64,000 nucleotides of DNA from Phallusia mammillata (lineage: Eukaryota), in contig OZ281494.1 of the NCBI GenBank assembly GCA_965637545.1, forward strand, positions 6,138,001 to 6,202,000, written 5' to 3'. The position numbers and the translations under genes are program-made. The notes under the pieces were generated by a model. The model was given only the letters and a program-made list of their open reading frames with translations, did no database searches and was not told the DNA's origin. Positions 1-15,000 of this stretch are shown in pieces; positions within the stretch are counted from its first letter, which is position 1; each line of letters begins with the position of its first letter.

Positions 1-3000
1 GATTGTTCGCTTGCCTCTTGCACACTCGCTGTTCGATTTTGTATTTGTTCCAATTGTTTACGAACAGCTTGTTCTCGATCCGATGCCAGAACTGCTTCTT
101 GGGTGTAAGTCTCTTCAACCTAGATAAATGTGACTGTGGTTAGTATAAGACTTTACCTTCTTAAAAAATCCCTATTTAAACTTGATAATTATTTTAGATT
201 TAAAGAAACATTTTTTCTAAACCTTCTAGATGTTTGTTTGTTGGCACATGTTTTTAAATTTTGTAACAACATTATGTTTACCTTAGATAATTGCACTTAG
301 TCAATACATAAATCTATTTATTTGGAAGTTTTTAATTGTTTGGTGGCTAGTCTCGTTCAATATTCTTAAAGAGTTATTTTTTTTAAGCATCTTAAATAAT
401 ACTAATTCTAATATTTACTTCATGCATTTAATTTTTACACTCATTTATTTTACATCAAAAAGAAACACTTTTTCCAATTCAGTTAACAATGATTGTGTTT
501 TATAGTAAAAGATTTTACCTGCACTAGGTGTCCTCTCAATCTTGTGAGTTCCGATTGCAGTTTAGATTCTTTCTCCCTTAAACTTCTCGCCTCTTCGTTG
601 GCACGCTGAGCTTCCAACTGCTTCTGTTTTAGTGTCAACATTATCTGAAAAACACAAAAATAAAAATCAGTAAATTTAGTTCAAACAATAACTGCACATG
701 TTCATAAGTAAATAAAGCCAAAACAAACAAAAATAGGAAGAACATATGGGAATGCTATCAAACAATAAATTGTAGTATTTTATCACACTACTAATTTATT
801 GTTATGCTAAACTTGGCTTTAGCGTTATTTGCTGTTATATTGCTTGTCTAGGATTTGCGTATTTACATAGTGAAGTTTGATAAAAGCCAAAACTTGAGTG
901 TGTGTAACAAGTCTTTGATTATTTGCAGTAAAAATGCCAGCAACCTCACCTGATCACGTTCATGTTTCACAGAAGTTGTTTCCTTTTTCAGTCGATCAAG
1001 TTCTTGCAAATATTTCCTGGTTTCAGAATCTTTTCCCTGAGAACAAAGAGTTTAAGTTACAAATTTGAAACAAATTAAAAACATAAAGAGCCCCATACTT
1101 TTGATTTGACTAATTGGTTAAATATAAAGTGTAGTCATATGCAATCATTTGAGAATTTGCAGAAAAAGTTCAACAATAAGTATTTTAGCATCAACAATAA
1201 GTTTTATTAAGTATATTACACTTACTCTACAAACTTATACAGGTCTGGTATATTATACAGGTCATACAGGCTTCTTTTGGGCTTGGCTAGAAATATTGAG
1301 GCAACGGCAACAATACCTGTTCATTTCGTTGCAAGATTTCACTAACACTGGAAACTTTTTCCTTCATCGCTTCCATCTCATATTCTCTCTCCTTGAGTAA
1401 AATCGAAAGTTGAGCGTTTGTTTCCTGCAAACAACATAAATTTACTCTCAAACAAGTCAAGTGTGTCAATTACAGTTTGAAATATGATCAAAATAAAATT
1501 AGGCAAGAAGCAATATAAAAAAAAACTTTTAAATTTCAACTTGTGTTGCAGTAGCATGCCAAGGTTCAAAAACATTTCAATTGTGATGAAAAATCCTCAA
1601 TATATTTTTTTACACAAACCTGAAAAGCTGTGCTTTCCGATTCCTTTTCTTCTGATGCTCGTTCCAATGACATTACCTTCTCTCTCAGTAAGTTAGCCTC
1701 ATAAGTACAAGAAGTAACCTAACAATAAAGTAAACAAATATAATTTTTTTTTTAAATATGTATTTAAAAATAGGTTGTCAATAGCAATTATAAACCGGCA
1801 TTCAAATTTTCATGTACCTGTTCCCTGAGATTTCCAACAGATTTACGAAGGATCTCCACTTCATTGCTCTTCTGTGAGAGATCGTTTCCCGTTCTAGTCA
1901 TTTCTTCCATCTTCCAGTGGATCAAGATGTCTTTCTCCTTTAAATCTTTTTGCAGTTGTGTGATCTATTACAAGAGGAAATAAGTTTTATTTACAACACT
2001 CAACAAACAATACCCAAGACAGCTTTCTGGTTTTCATTCAAAAATAGTGTTTATTGGGGATGACCTAAACTGCTAATGTTCTGTTTGATTCAACACCAAC
2101 CATTTCAAAAACAGTGATTTTTGTTTGTGGATACCCTTTGGAACACTAGTTTTGTATTTTAGCAGGGCATGAATATGCAAGTTTAATACTTGGGTCAGTT
2201 TGTGCAACAACTCGGCTGAGCACCGAGCATTAAAAACAGCGATGCTCAGTACGGAGTACTCGGGTTTCGGTCCCTAGTGTTTATCATTTCTGCAGAAGAA
2301 TTAACCGATAATGCCGAGATGGTGGAGTGTTTAGCACAACTGTCTTGTGTTCACAAGGTTGTGGGTTTTAATCCTGTCTCAGCCATTAGTGTCCCTAAGA
2401 AAGATACTGGAGTGACGTTACTTCAACCCAGAGAAACCCGGTTGGTTGAACTATATTAAAGTCACTAACTCTCTAAATCAAAACAAAATGATTTCACATG
2501 CTTATAACCAAGCAGGCAACTCCAGGGTTCCCGCGCAATTTTCGTTTATAAATTCCATGACTTTTCCAAAACTTTTCAAGAAAAAAATCCCAAATTTCCA
2601 TAACCTTATTTGAAAAAAAATCGAGCAATTCCCATACAAGAAAAGAGGCTTTGGTATATGTAGCAGACTTACTAGGAAGCTTAAAAACAGAATTAAACTC
2701 ACTTTGTCTTCCAGATCTTCTCTCTTTTTCATGCTCTCCTGGAGAAGAAGATCTTTCTGGAGGAGGGATTCTGTTTTCTTTTCCAAAATCATCTCCAGTT
2801 CATCATTTGTCTTCTCTGCTCCTCTATTTGCATCTGATCTCAGGTTTTCAATTGCTGCTGATGCTTGTGATGAAGAGGAGTGGGAGAACTGAGGAGGAGC
2901 AAGAGTGGGAGTGGGATGCTCTTCTTGTGGGATTTCGAGTTTAGAGAAAAGAATCTCTTTTGTTTCCTAAGGTTTTTAGTTAATTAATATGGCAAGTCAA

Positions 3001-6000
3001 AGAAAATATACAAAACATTAATTTGTAGTTTAAAACAAATATAAGTTGACCATACTAAAATTGTATGTGTTTGGTCAAGAGTGTCAAATCAAAAAGCAAA
3101 AATGAAAATCAGCGATTTTTCGTTATGTGACAAGTACATTAAGAAACAGTAAGCTTACTATATAAAAAATAACAATGTTAAAGATATACCAATGCAACAC
3201 ATTTGAAAGACTGAATGCTTAATACTGGCGACCTTCCAAACATTTTTCATAGTGTAATAAAAGGTATCGCCGAATTGTCTTTTGTATGAAATTTTACCTC
3301 TAGGTGGTTAAAAGCTTCTTTAAATCTTCCCAGCTCTCGTTGTACAGTGTTAAGTTTCATCTCAATCTGCTCATAATCATGAACCAAGTTCCCGTAGCTG
3401 ATCTGAAGCTTCGAATTCTCGGCCGCATCTTTTTCCGTTGCCTCCGAAGCTTTCCGTGCCTCTTCCTGGAACAAGAGCGCCTCCTGGTGTTTGGTGTTGA
3501 CCAGCGCCACTAAGTGGTCTCGCTCAATGAGCAGCTGGCGGACTTGCTGCGATAGAGTCTCACGATCTCGGAGCAGAAGCTGAACTTGCTGAGATGACAC
3601 TGATGGCTCACCGCTGCCCCCCGCTGGTGAACCTAAGCAATAAAAAAATCAATTTAAGAAAAAATGTTTCTGAAATATGTCCAGATGTAGCAGATAACAA
3701 AAACATTTTTTTGAAAACAAAGAAAATATTTAAAATGCAGGGATGACTGAAATGTAATTATCAAAACGATTAAAACGTAATTTACCAAATTGCTACAAAT
3801 CCACTTATTTGCAAACCAGTATACCAATCGGAGAATTGAATACAAATGTTGTAACCATAGCCTATCACTTGTAAAAAAAATCGTCTGATTAACCACAGAA
3901 CTGGTTATAAAACTGGATTCATTCATATACAGTCTTTGAAAGTATTGTTATGCGTTTCATGTAAAAATGGAAGGTAACTTTCATGTAAAAATGACAGAAT
4001 CTGCTTTGACAGAATTTAAATATAACCCCTACCAGCTTGTTCTTGTTGGTGCAGCACATCGAGTAAAGTCTGGCACTTCTGTTTTAATGATTCAATTTCA
4101 AGATCCTTCTCACTGATGAGTTTCGATAATCTTCCAACTGTTTCTTTCGTCATTTCTTGATCAAAACCTTCATATTTTTCTTTCAATGCTCTGTTCTCAG
4201 CTTGGATCTACAAATTAAAAATGCAAAGTTAAAACAAGTTTGTGAAGAGATCATTATAGGTTGTTTTTGTTGAGTTCAAACTTAGGTTGTTAATAACCTT
4301 TATTACAAACTTATATTTCTTTTCAAATGACATTGTGATTTAAAAGGTCAGGTTTTTAAACATCATGTTTCTACTGGACAACAGTAAAAAAACAAAAATT
4401 ACTGAAATCCAGAAACTTATTTCACCTGTAAATACCTATAAAATTTGGCACACAATGCCTTAAAAGTGTCCTAAACATTTTACCAACCTCAGCCAGCTCA
4501 GTTTGTCCTGCTGAAATGGTGTCAACCATTCGTTGATTTTCGTCTTTAAGTTGTCGATTTTCTTGAGTTTTCTGTGAAATGACTGCCAGAATTTGATCTC
4601 GTTCTTCATTCAGCTGACGATATTTCTCTTCCAAATCAGCATTTGCTACATAGAGTCAAAGCTTGTTAAATAACATTATCACATAAGTAAATATAAAGGC
4701 CAACAAAAGTTATTGAGGCTTAAAAACTGTGAAACAAAGAAAATAAATGTTACCTTTTTGCAATGGTACTGATGGTGTGACTTGGCTTGTTGCTCTTAAC
4801 ATGTTGATCACTTGGTCACGCTCTGCAATTTAAAAAGATAAGATAAAAAACAACATAATTATAACAAACTGCATATAATCTAAAAACAAACACAGTCAGC
4901 TATCAAGCTATTTTTTCAAGCATTTTCACATAGCAATGTGCAAGGTAAATATATCAAGTCAGCAACAGGATTTGGACCTACAATTTAGCCGCTAACTGTT
5001 GAATCACATACCCCAATATCTGCCCTATATGATATTAGGTAATTGTCAGTTTGACCCGGCCCTACACTGTAAAGTTGTAAGACAGACTTGATTCTGAATT
5101 CAACATAGACTTATATTGAATCTAAACTTTTTCCCAATATTGAATCTAAACAAACCTTTAATAACAGCCAACAAAGAGCCAATGTCCTCCTTCGACAAAT
5201 CTCCCTTCTCCCATCCACTCAGATCCCTCTTCCGAATCTCCTGGAGCATTTTATCAACATCTTCAGGAGAAACCGATTCCTGGGGTGTGGAGTTAGCTAC
5301 CGAGATCCTCAGTTTTCCAATTTCTGATTCCAGAGTCAAAATCTTGTCCTCATATTCTTTTCTCACGTCATTATCGATCGAAGTCCGCTGCAATGCATTC
5401 TCTAGTCTTGCAACCTCCTCTTCAAGATGTTGGTTTCGATTTTTGACTGCATTAGCATCCAGCACTGATTCTGGATCTTTAGTGTTTTGGAGCTGCATCT
5501 TTTTTAGCTCGTCCACTTCAATTTTGTGATCTGCTCGCATCTTTTCAACTGCCAAGGTCATTTCTTTCTTCCAATTTCTTTTCTCCTGATCGAGATGTTC
5601 TGACATGAGTACAACATCATTTTGTGAAGCCTCCAGTTCTTCTTCAACCTCTTTAAGTTTTCGTTTCCATTCTACCTCTTTAGTTTTGAGTTCTTCCTCA
5701 AGACTTTTTAACTGATTTTTAGCAGAAGCGAGTTTTTCCTCGGACAAAGATCGCTCTTCTTGAAGTCCCACAATATCTTTCTTCAAGACTTCAATGTGTT
5801 CTTGATTTGTAAAGTTGGCATCAGCGAGAGCTTTTGAAAGTTCATCCCTGAATTCTTCCTTTAAAGCTTTAACCTTTTCCAGATGCATAGTCTTACTTTC
5901 TTCTTCATTAGCTTTGATCTTCTTATTGAACTCATCCTGCTCTTTAGCATGTTTTTCCATGATGTCCTTCTTTTCCTTTGTAAACTGTGTTTTTGTTTCA

Positions 6001-9000
6001 TCAAGATTGTTCTGAAGAAAAGTTAGTTTGTTTTCCAGGGATTTTAACTCCTGTTGATGCTTTTCTGCTTCCAAACTACGGAGCTCCAGCTCTTCATAAA
6101 GTCTTCTTTCAACTTCTTCATTTCTGTTCCTAAGATTGTTAATTTCTCCTGCTTCTCGGTCAGTTGATTTTTGCATTTTCTCATTCATAACTTGCATTGT
6201 TGAGGCTTTTTCATGCTCAAGAGACGTTACCCTTGCATCCAGCTGTACCTTGATGCCTTCTAACAGTTCTTTCTCCTTTTCCAGAGCAGACAATTGCTCT
6301 TCATGTTCATTCTGCAATTGTGCAATTTTGGAATTGAAGTCTTGTTGATGATTGTGAACTTCTTCTGCATGCTTTTCCTTTGTTTCTTGCAAGTTATGTT
6401 CAAAGTTTGCCTTGAGATCCTCAATTTGTTTCTTGAAGTCAGATATTGTTGTATTCAGTTCAGAAGAAGATTCTGACTTGATGCCATTTATTTGTGTCTG
6501 TAGTTCCACAATCACAGAATCTTTCATGGTGATATCTTTCTGTAAGTCTGTCACTTTCCTCTCCACTGTTGTAATTTCTGATTTCAACAAGCTTCGTTCT
6601 TCATTAACAGATGTCAAGCGGTCTTCAAGTCGGCGTATTTCATTCTTCAATAGAGCTTCATGTTCCACATCATTTTCATGAACATGCGACATCTCAACCA
6701 TCCTCTTCTTCTCCTCTTGTTGAAGAAGATCCAGCTCTTCCTTTAAGGTCTTTACTTCCTCTTCTTTTGCCTCCAGAGATGCAACAAACTGGTCCTCAGA
6801 TTCCAGCTGACTTTGTCGAAAAGAATCCATGTCTCGGATGACTTTGAGATGCTGAGTCTTCAGATGCTCCATCTTTGTCAATGTCATCTTCTGTTCTTCC
6901 TCCATTTTCCTCCTTCTTGATTCAACTTCATCTACCCTTGCTTCTGCATCAGTAATCGCCTCCAAATTTTCCTGAGCTTGTTGCTGTAACATCTCCATCA
7001 AATGAATATTCTCTCTTTCAACTTCCGCTAGCTTGGCAGCTGCATCCTCGTTTTCCTGAAGAGCTTGGGATAACTTTTCTTTCAGATCCTCCGCTTCAGT
7101 CTCAGCATCCAAAGTCTCTTCCTTTTCTTGAGCCAAGGACTTTTCAAGCTCTGTGATGTGATTCTTGGCGTCCTGTAACTCTTTGACAATGCTCAATTTT
7201 TCAGAGTTTACAACCTGTAATTTATCTTGGATGCGAAGAATTTCTTCTTGCATAGAGGAATTCTTTTGTAATTTTAAAATCTCATCTCTTGCCTCCTTCA
7301 AGTGATCCTCAGCATCTTTCTTCTCACACTGGATTGTTTGAAGTTCTTTCTGGATGTTGTGGAGTTCTTCCCTACCTTGATTTGAAGCTTTTTGCAACTC
7401 TGCAATCACGTTTCTCGCATCCACTAAATCTTCTTCAGCCTTTCTCTTCTCCAGATTTTTCATTTGCAGTTCTTCAGAAATGTTTTGAGAAACCTCTTCA
7501 TCTTGTTTTGTGATTTTCTGCTCGTTTAATAATTTCAGCTCTTCTCTCAGAGATGCAACCGTCCTTTCTAGAGTTAAGTTGTCATTCTGTGTTGAAAAAT
7601 AAACAGAAAAATTAAAAAATTAAAAACAAATGCTTTCAACGCTGCAAAAAATATTTTTAATTTCTAATTTTGCCTAGATTTAATTCTGGAAAGAAAATAG
7701 TATTTCATTAAACCGAAAAAGATTTAGTTCCTTATGATAAACATAGAAGCCTGTAAAGTTACATGATTTATTTGTTCTGAATACATTAAATTGATAACTT
7801 TGGTTTGTTGAATTGAACAGAAATAGTAACACACTTTGTGTCAGATATTTTAAATTTATAAAAGCGATTTTGAAACGAAAGTGCAACCAAACTTATAATT
7901 CAGAGGAACTAACAATTCAAGAACTAGTAAATTTGAATCGGGCAGTCACAGTAAATACCTTAGCAGCTTCAAGTTGAGCTTGAGTTGATTTTAGTTTTTC
8001 ATTTAACTCGTTTCTCATCACAATGATCTGGTTCATTTCGTCTTGATGCTGAGAATCCAACATCTCAATTGCTTGATCCAGGTCGCTCTTTTCAAGTCTG
8101 TAAGAACAAAAGTATATATGAATGTGGCAGGATTATCAGATTTTTGTGAGAAAAATAACCCCAACATGCTAAAATAGCCTATATCATATTTCGTTTCTTT
8201 TAGTGGCAATATGACATAACTTACACATTATTTAATCATACAACTGGGGGTTCCACTAAAAGGACTACAATATAGTTTGTAGTAATGGGACGGGTACCCG
8301 GTACTCGGTACTCGGTATCAATGGTATCGAACGATTTCAGTGGTATCGATACTCGTACTCGGTATCGAAATATTCTGTCTCAGTTTTCGATACCAACGTG
8401 TGAGTACCGAAGGCCGATTTACACTATAAGAACACTGAAAACTTTGTGCCAATATATGCTTCGGACAGTACAAATTTGGGAAAAAGTTCCGCCAGGTTAC
8501 GTATTTGTTTCGCTATCGTATGGAGATTACTTTTTTCTGCATGTGTGTGCGCACGCCTGTACGCCGGCCATGGCAGATAAATTAGCAGGTGATATACAAC
8601 TAAGTACAACACTGTACTTAAGTACTCGGTAATCGTACTCGGTACTCGGTATCGAAGGTATATACATGTGGTACTCATACTCGGTATCGGTACTCGCTTC
8701 AAAACCTGGTATCGTCCCATCACTAATAGTTTGATATGTTTTATTAGTTTGTATGAAAAAAATAGTTTGTTAAACAGAATTAAATTGAGCACTGAGCATC
8801 AATTGATGCTCTCAATAAAGAACCAGTAATAAACCATTGCAACTTAAGCAGGTTAATTTGGTTTTCTACTGTGGTTAGTGAGTCAGACAGCTTTAGAACC
8901 TTGCATAATGCATGCGATTTGCAAAAGTTGTTAATAACTTAAATTTAACTCCTCTTTTAGCAGGTCAGTTTTACTGGATTGTGTAGCTTTTAACTTAAAA

Positions 9001-12000
9001 TTTAGCTCATATGTTGAACTTACTTGCTGGAATTTAAGTCATCAGACACATTTTTCAGAGCAGTCTCGAGTCGTTTCTTCTCAGCTAAAGCCTGTTCCAG
9101 ATCAGACTCCAGTTCTGTTACTTTGTCTGCAAAACAAAACCATGTAAATTTGCTAAAAACAATTCACCCATAATAAATTGGCATCAAATTTACCACAAGT
9201 TTTTCATATTCTAAAAATAGCCTCCCACTTATTAGTTCTGCTTTTTTTAAACACATTTTATACCAAAATAAGTTTTTCAAAACTAGCTTGCTTCCTATAG
9301 AGCAGCTCCAACAGAATGATGCAACGGTTGAAACAAAGCACACGCCACACATGCAGTACCAACACTACATTTGTTAAAACAACAAAGACACAAGCACTGT
9401 ATTCATTGAATCATTATTACAAAAACAAGTATAGACCCACACTTCTATGGAAAAAATGTCTTTTATACTTTATGTGAACCATATGCCAAATGTTGTAAAA
9501 GTACCTTTTTCAGTTTGCGCTTCTGCAATTGACATGTTCAATTCCTCTTCCAGATTCAGAGCAGCAGTTTGCAATTGTTCCTGTCACATAAAATAAAATG
9601 TGTTGTCTGATGTCAAAATGCAAAAATGTTTGTGGGATTCAAGACCACAACCAAAATCGTATCAAAACCAAACTGAGCTATGTGCTAGGTAGGTATTACA
9701 TAACTACATCGGTATGTTGATAATTTTTACCTTTTCCTGCATAATCTTCTGACGATCTTTCTCCAGGTTCAATCTTGCTTCTTTCACTTCCTCAAGTTCA
9801 CGTTTCAAGTCGACAACTGCTTTAGCTCGAACATCAGCTGTATCAGATGCCTTGTCAACCTGCGCAGAAATTTTTCAGGTTTGTTGCCAAGAAAATGTTC
9901 TGTTTCAGACCATATGAAGATGAATGGTGGCAGTCTTTTGGCTTTTTTGAGATTTCAACGTTAAGACAACATATGCTATCTATCTCAGTCAGACCGATTG
10001 AAAGCGCCATACCAAATCAGCCATTCACAAATCATTCCAACATATGACGAGCCACACACCAGAAAAATCTTGGTCTGGGGTGGGATTTAAACAAATGACA
10101 GGAGCCTTTTCATGACTCACGCTCTACCAACTGAGCAGGCAACTGTGCTTGTGATTCAACTTTCATGGGCTCACCATGGAACCTGTGTAGCTCAGTTGGT
10201 AGAGCGCAAGTCCCCGAAAGACTCCAGTCGTGGGCTTAAATCCTACCTGTGGCAAAATTTTTCTGCCCTGTGCCTTGCCATTTGGTAAATGCTTGGTGAC
10301 CGACTGATTCGGCATAACACCTTCAATGGGCCTGGCATACTATGATTTATGTATGAGTATGTGATCACTACTTATCATAGACACTTCAGGGTTGATATCA
10401 GTATTAATTTGTTTATCTTAACTGTTATTTTGTATTACAACATGACACACACATGTTTGAATCTGCAAGCAATATATTTCAGAGGTTCTTAATACCTTTT
10501 CAGTATTTGACTTATGACCAAGTTCATCCTGGTATCTGTCAAGCATATTCTGCAGCGATTCTTTCTCAGTTTGCCATTCTCTTTGAACAAGCTCGTACTG
10601 AGCGATCTCCAGTTCATAGTCTTCAACCTGTATATTAATAACGCTTGTTAAGACAGTGCATTCCATCTTGTATCCACTGTCAAACGCATTTTGTCCAGCA
10701 AAACACACATCATTGCACAAAACAAAATAAAAAATGAGTAGGAAAGAAAGGAGACAGAAATCATTTGCACTATTTTGTTCCGTTGATAAAAAATCTAAGT
10801 AGGTTTGTTATATTGCTATTGTGTCGCTATGTTTTCTTTCACCAAGCGAAATAAACTCAACTCAACTCATATTATTAGCTGAAGTTGAGGTAAGTTACAT
10901 GCAAAAAGAATTGGCAGTGTTAAAACTGTGTTTAACAATTTTTCCGTTCAACTGGTGTAATGCTAAACAAAATACTAGTCGTTGTTTCAAAAACTTGTAT
11001 TTTTGCTAACGTTTCGTCCACCAGAACGGTAGAGCTTCATCACAGCAATGAATGATGTATTGCGAGCAAAAAGTGAGAAAGCGCAAGGAACTAATATCGG
11101 AAATTTGATGGAGAGATTGGACGTACAATGTCGAGGATAACTGGGAAAATTTGTTAAATATGCAACCTGGTGGACGAAACGCCTGTTCAGTAACTGTGTT
11201 ACAGAAATTTGGTTACCACAAAAACATTAGCCGGCAGAACACAAACAGTATACAATTAACACATAACATTGGTCTTTATCTAACCTGTTTCTGTAATGCG
11301 GCCAACGTCATCGTCAAGTCACCAGCCACAGCGCTGACCTCTTCATCACCATTGTCATGATGCCCATTGTCGTCGGCAACCAGCAGAAATTTTTCATCAT
11401 TATCTTCTCTCATCTTGCTCTGTGGAGAGCTCTGATAAAGAGGTTTGAAGATGGGACGAGGAATTGCCGAAGTCTGTCGAGACTGTGGACCCTTTTTTTC
11501 ATCAGAAAATGACCTACAAATGGAAAATACAACTTTAAAACAAACAGAAAAATCTTAACGCAAAATACAAAAAATGCCAAAACAGTAGTGTATAAATTGT
11601 TTGATCCTATGGCATAACGCAGAACTATTCTATTTTTGATGCCATATGGGAATGCTTGGATATACGAGTGTGCCATGATCACTGGTCAGCATAGACGCTT
11701 CAAGGTTGATCCCAGTTATGAATTTATGTTCATTTTTACTGATTGCTGGTTAATCCGGCGATCCCATACTAGAAAGGTGACATGTGCAGCATACAAGGCA
11801 GGCAATGGTACTTGTGATTCGACTTTCGATGGGTTCACTGCTGAGCCTATGTAGCTCAGTTGGTAGAGCGCGAGTCCCGAAAAGACTCCTGTCATGGGTT
11901 CGAATCCCACTGCAAGCTCGATTTTTGCTGACCTACACCCTCCATTATATAATGTAAAAATGACAAACCATACCTTTCCAGTTTTCTCGGCTTTGTGTCT

Positions 12001-15000
12001 TTTGTGACATCATTGTCATGCTTGAGTGATTCAACCTCCACCTGAAGTTTGTCGTTGTTTTCTTTCAACAGTTTAATTTTTTGTGCAATATCAGCAGCTG
12101 ATAGCGGTGCAGGGTTTTCACTCATATGTTCATCTTTGTCAGGTAAAACTGATTGCCTAATATCTGTAAAATAATAATTCCATGTTTTAAAAAAGGCTAC
12201 CAAAACTTTTATTGCTTTAACACTTTTGATTTCAGAAAAAAGAAAAACATTTCTTGCCGACATGAAATAGCAAGCTGCAGATAGTGTACACTGTTTCGAT
12301 CTATAGCAGGGGTGGGCAACATACGGCCCGCGGGCCGGATCCGGCCCGCGACGGGATTTTGAGCGGCCCGCGGACAGTTTCCGGTCTTACATGATAATGT
12401 GGCCCGCGGTCACAGTCTGCCGCAATCCCCCATTACTTGCTTCCTACGTCAAATTACAGTTGTAACGCTCCCCAATAGCAAAAAAATTTCCCGCCGTTGT
12501 TACCATTGCACCATACGTCCATTGTTACGACATAACTACCAACCTTGTGTGTGTCCTACTTTAACGGTTTTCTTTGTTTCCACACGTATAGCCTAGTTCA
12601 GGGGTGGGGAACCTGCGGCCTAAAGGCCACATGCAGCCTTTTAGGGCACTAAGTGCGGCTTTCGATGGCAAAATACATTTTTAAGATGTTGATATAACCG
12701 ACTGCACCAGGCGCTGAAAAAAAATAGACAGAAACGTATTTTTGACCTTATTGCAGATTATTTTTTGATTAGTTCCAGGGCAGCGGTTTTCAAACAAGAC
12801 CCATGTGGTCCCATAGTGGTACATAAAGCGATTTCCATAGTTAGGACTACCAAAAACTCCAGGTTCAGCAATTTCTAGGTTAAATAAATCCTGAATGTTG
12901 TAGTGAAGATGAAAATGTAGTGAGGAATTTTAATTAGCTGGGACCGTAAGTTCTACAAACTACGAGGAAATAGCAAAACGACCATTCTGTAAGTCAAAAA
13001 GTTTGAACATCACTGCCCTTGGCCTGGAAAATAGTCTATGCGGCCTACACGAGTGACGATAAATCGTTTGGTAGCCTTTATAAACAAAAAGGTTCCCCAC
13101 CCCTGGTTTAGGTGGTCAAAATTCCGTTTTAAATCACTGGATAAATACGCGATTAATGTATCGATTCATGAATCCGGCCCGCCAAGTGCTTCATTTTCCC
13201 ATATCAGGCCCGCCAACTGGAGAAGTTGCCCGCCCCTGATCTATAGGGTCTCATCTATGCAGTTGGTGACATTAGATAGGCTGTATTGGCTAATGCAGCC
13301 ATCCAGCGGCACAGTTTGTCAAAAACCATGCCTTACATATTCTGTTGATGCCACAACTGGACATAAACCACAGATGATCTGCAGCTTATCGTTTCTTGGC
13401 TTGATGCTTTCACAATGATCTGGTATACTGTATAAAAAAAGTGCATACCGGTCCACCTAAATTTTCGAGACACTCAAATGTAGGATTAAAATCATGACAT
13501 TATTTGCACCTTTTGTGAAAATATTCAGTTTTTTGGGCAACACAAGATTTTAAGTGCTGACACAAGTTTTAGGCTAAAATACAGGAAGAATTCATAAAAT
13601 TTACGCTAGGCACCTTAACACTACATGGTTAAGATTGATCACTATATTAGGCAACATCAGGTTTGTGAGAAAAGTTCTAGTAAAAATGTCAAGGGTTATA
13701 GGAGTGGACATTTTAACAATAGGTCCCTTGAAATTCCTGGCACAGAGCGGGATCGGTAAAGCAAACAAGAAGCATGCCAGCCCTACACACTGATCACTTA
13801 TCAGCACACACATTCCACGTCTGGAGTTTATCTGAAACTACTCAACCATAAACAGCTCAACTGCTTCATAAGAAAACTATTCAGAGCATCCGGTTTTCCC
13901 AAATACCTTTTTCGCATTTGAAAAATATTTTTTTTATTTGCTCTTAGTATGGAATGGTTTTGTAAGTAATACTACTAAACTAACCACATCTTGCATACAG
14001 TTAAAACATCTAAAAAAGAAATAAATTTTGACACTGAAATAAAACCTAAAAAATCTAAGAATGAAAAATATTTTCCTTGCAACGAAATCAGTCGATAAAT
14101 ATTTTTATTCCATGACATTCATCGATTGTTTTAATTACAAGGAAAATATTTTCCATTATTGGCTATTTAATTACATAAATGGTGATTGTCGATGACCATG
14201 CTGCATGAAAGGACCGATACTATTCAGTTCAAACACTCTCCGCCAAAAAATCTACTACAAATAAATTGTTTTTTAAGTTTTTTGCTTTTACCCATTTTTT
14301 GTTTTTTACAACAAATTCACATCTAAACACTGTTTTATATTTTAGAAATCAGATTAAATAACTTCACACTGCAATAGTTGGCCAAAAAAGTTGACCAACT
14401 GCCTACCAAGCTACTGGTAACCAACTAAACAAGCAGTAACCAACCAGGTTTCAGCCCTACATGGTAACCTAACAGATAAATGAGAATCGACGGGTAATGT
14501 TTCTAGGGCAGGAATGGCATTTATTGGAATTAATTGTCTGCCGAAGAAAGACAAAGAGATGGTCCAAACATTAGAACAATCAGAGGATTGTTGTACAATC
14601 TTGTTCGAGAATCAAGTTTCACGCGGGCAACGAATGTCTGTAAACCAATCTATTCAAAGATGGACTGGTTTTCAGGAGGATTTGATGGGAACACATTAAC
14701 TATAAAAGTTGACAGTTTGGCCAGCGAGAGTGCTGTCACACTCTAGGTTAAGTTTTGAAAAGTACATGCCACAATATATAACTCTATTCGCTTCAATAAA
14801 AAAAAAACTGTCATGTCATAAAAGGCACTTACTGCCTATTCAAACGATTTAAAAATTAAAAACATAAAAATTGGTCAAATTAATTGAAATTTTGTTTCAA
14901 GCTCTTCAAGCCATTGTATCAAATATATATCTTACATTTTTTTAATTTTTTGGGGTGTCAGAAAGAGGGTTCAAAACATTTTTTGAAACAGATCAATACA

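Noticed and set aside
5116-6841. Several plus-strand ORFs (60-137 aa)
   Set aside because: Antisense shadows of the TRIP11 coiled-coil exon (S/F/L-rich mirror of E/K/Q codons).
8285-8792. Short repeated units and ORFs resembling an array or CRISPR
   Set aside because: Subterminal GGTACTC repeats of a TIR-bounded MITE; no constant repeat-spacer periodicity, and the context is eukaryotic.
11845-11918. Functional tRNA-Phe(GAA) gene
   Set aside because: Two acceptor mismatches plus wobbles, an extra base before the anticodon stem, an A-C pair in the T-stem, and diverged relatives with SINE bodies at 10.1 kb; treated as a SINE head. tRNAscan-SE would settle it.
14514-14746. Two overlapping plus-strand ORFs in a TRIP11 intron
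   Set aside because: No recognisable motif, splice context or partner exons; possibly a decayed TE fragment.
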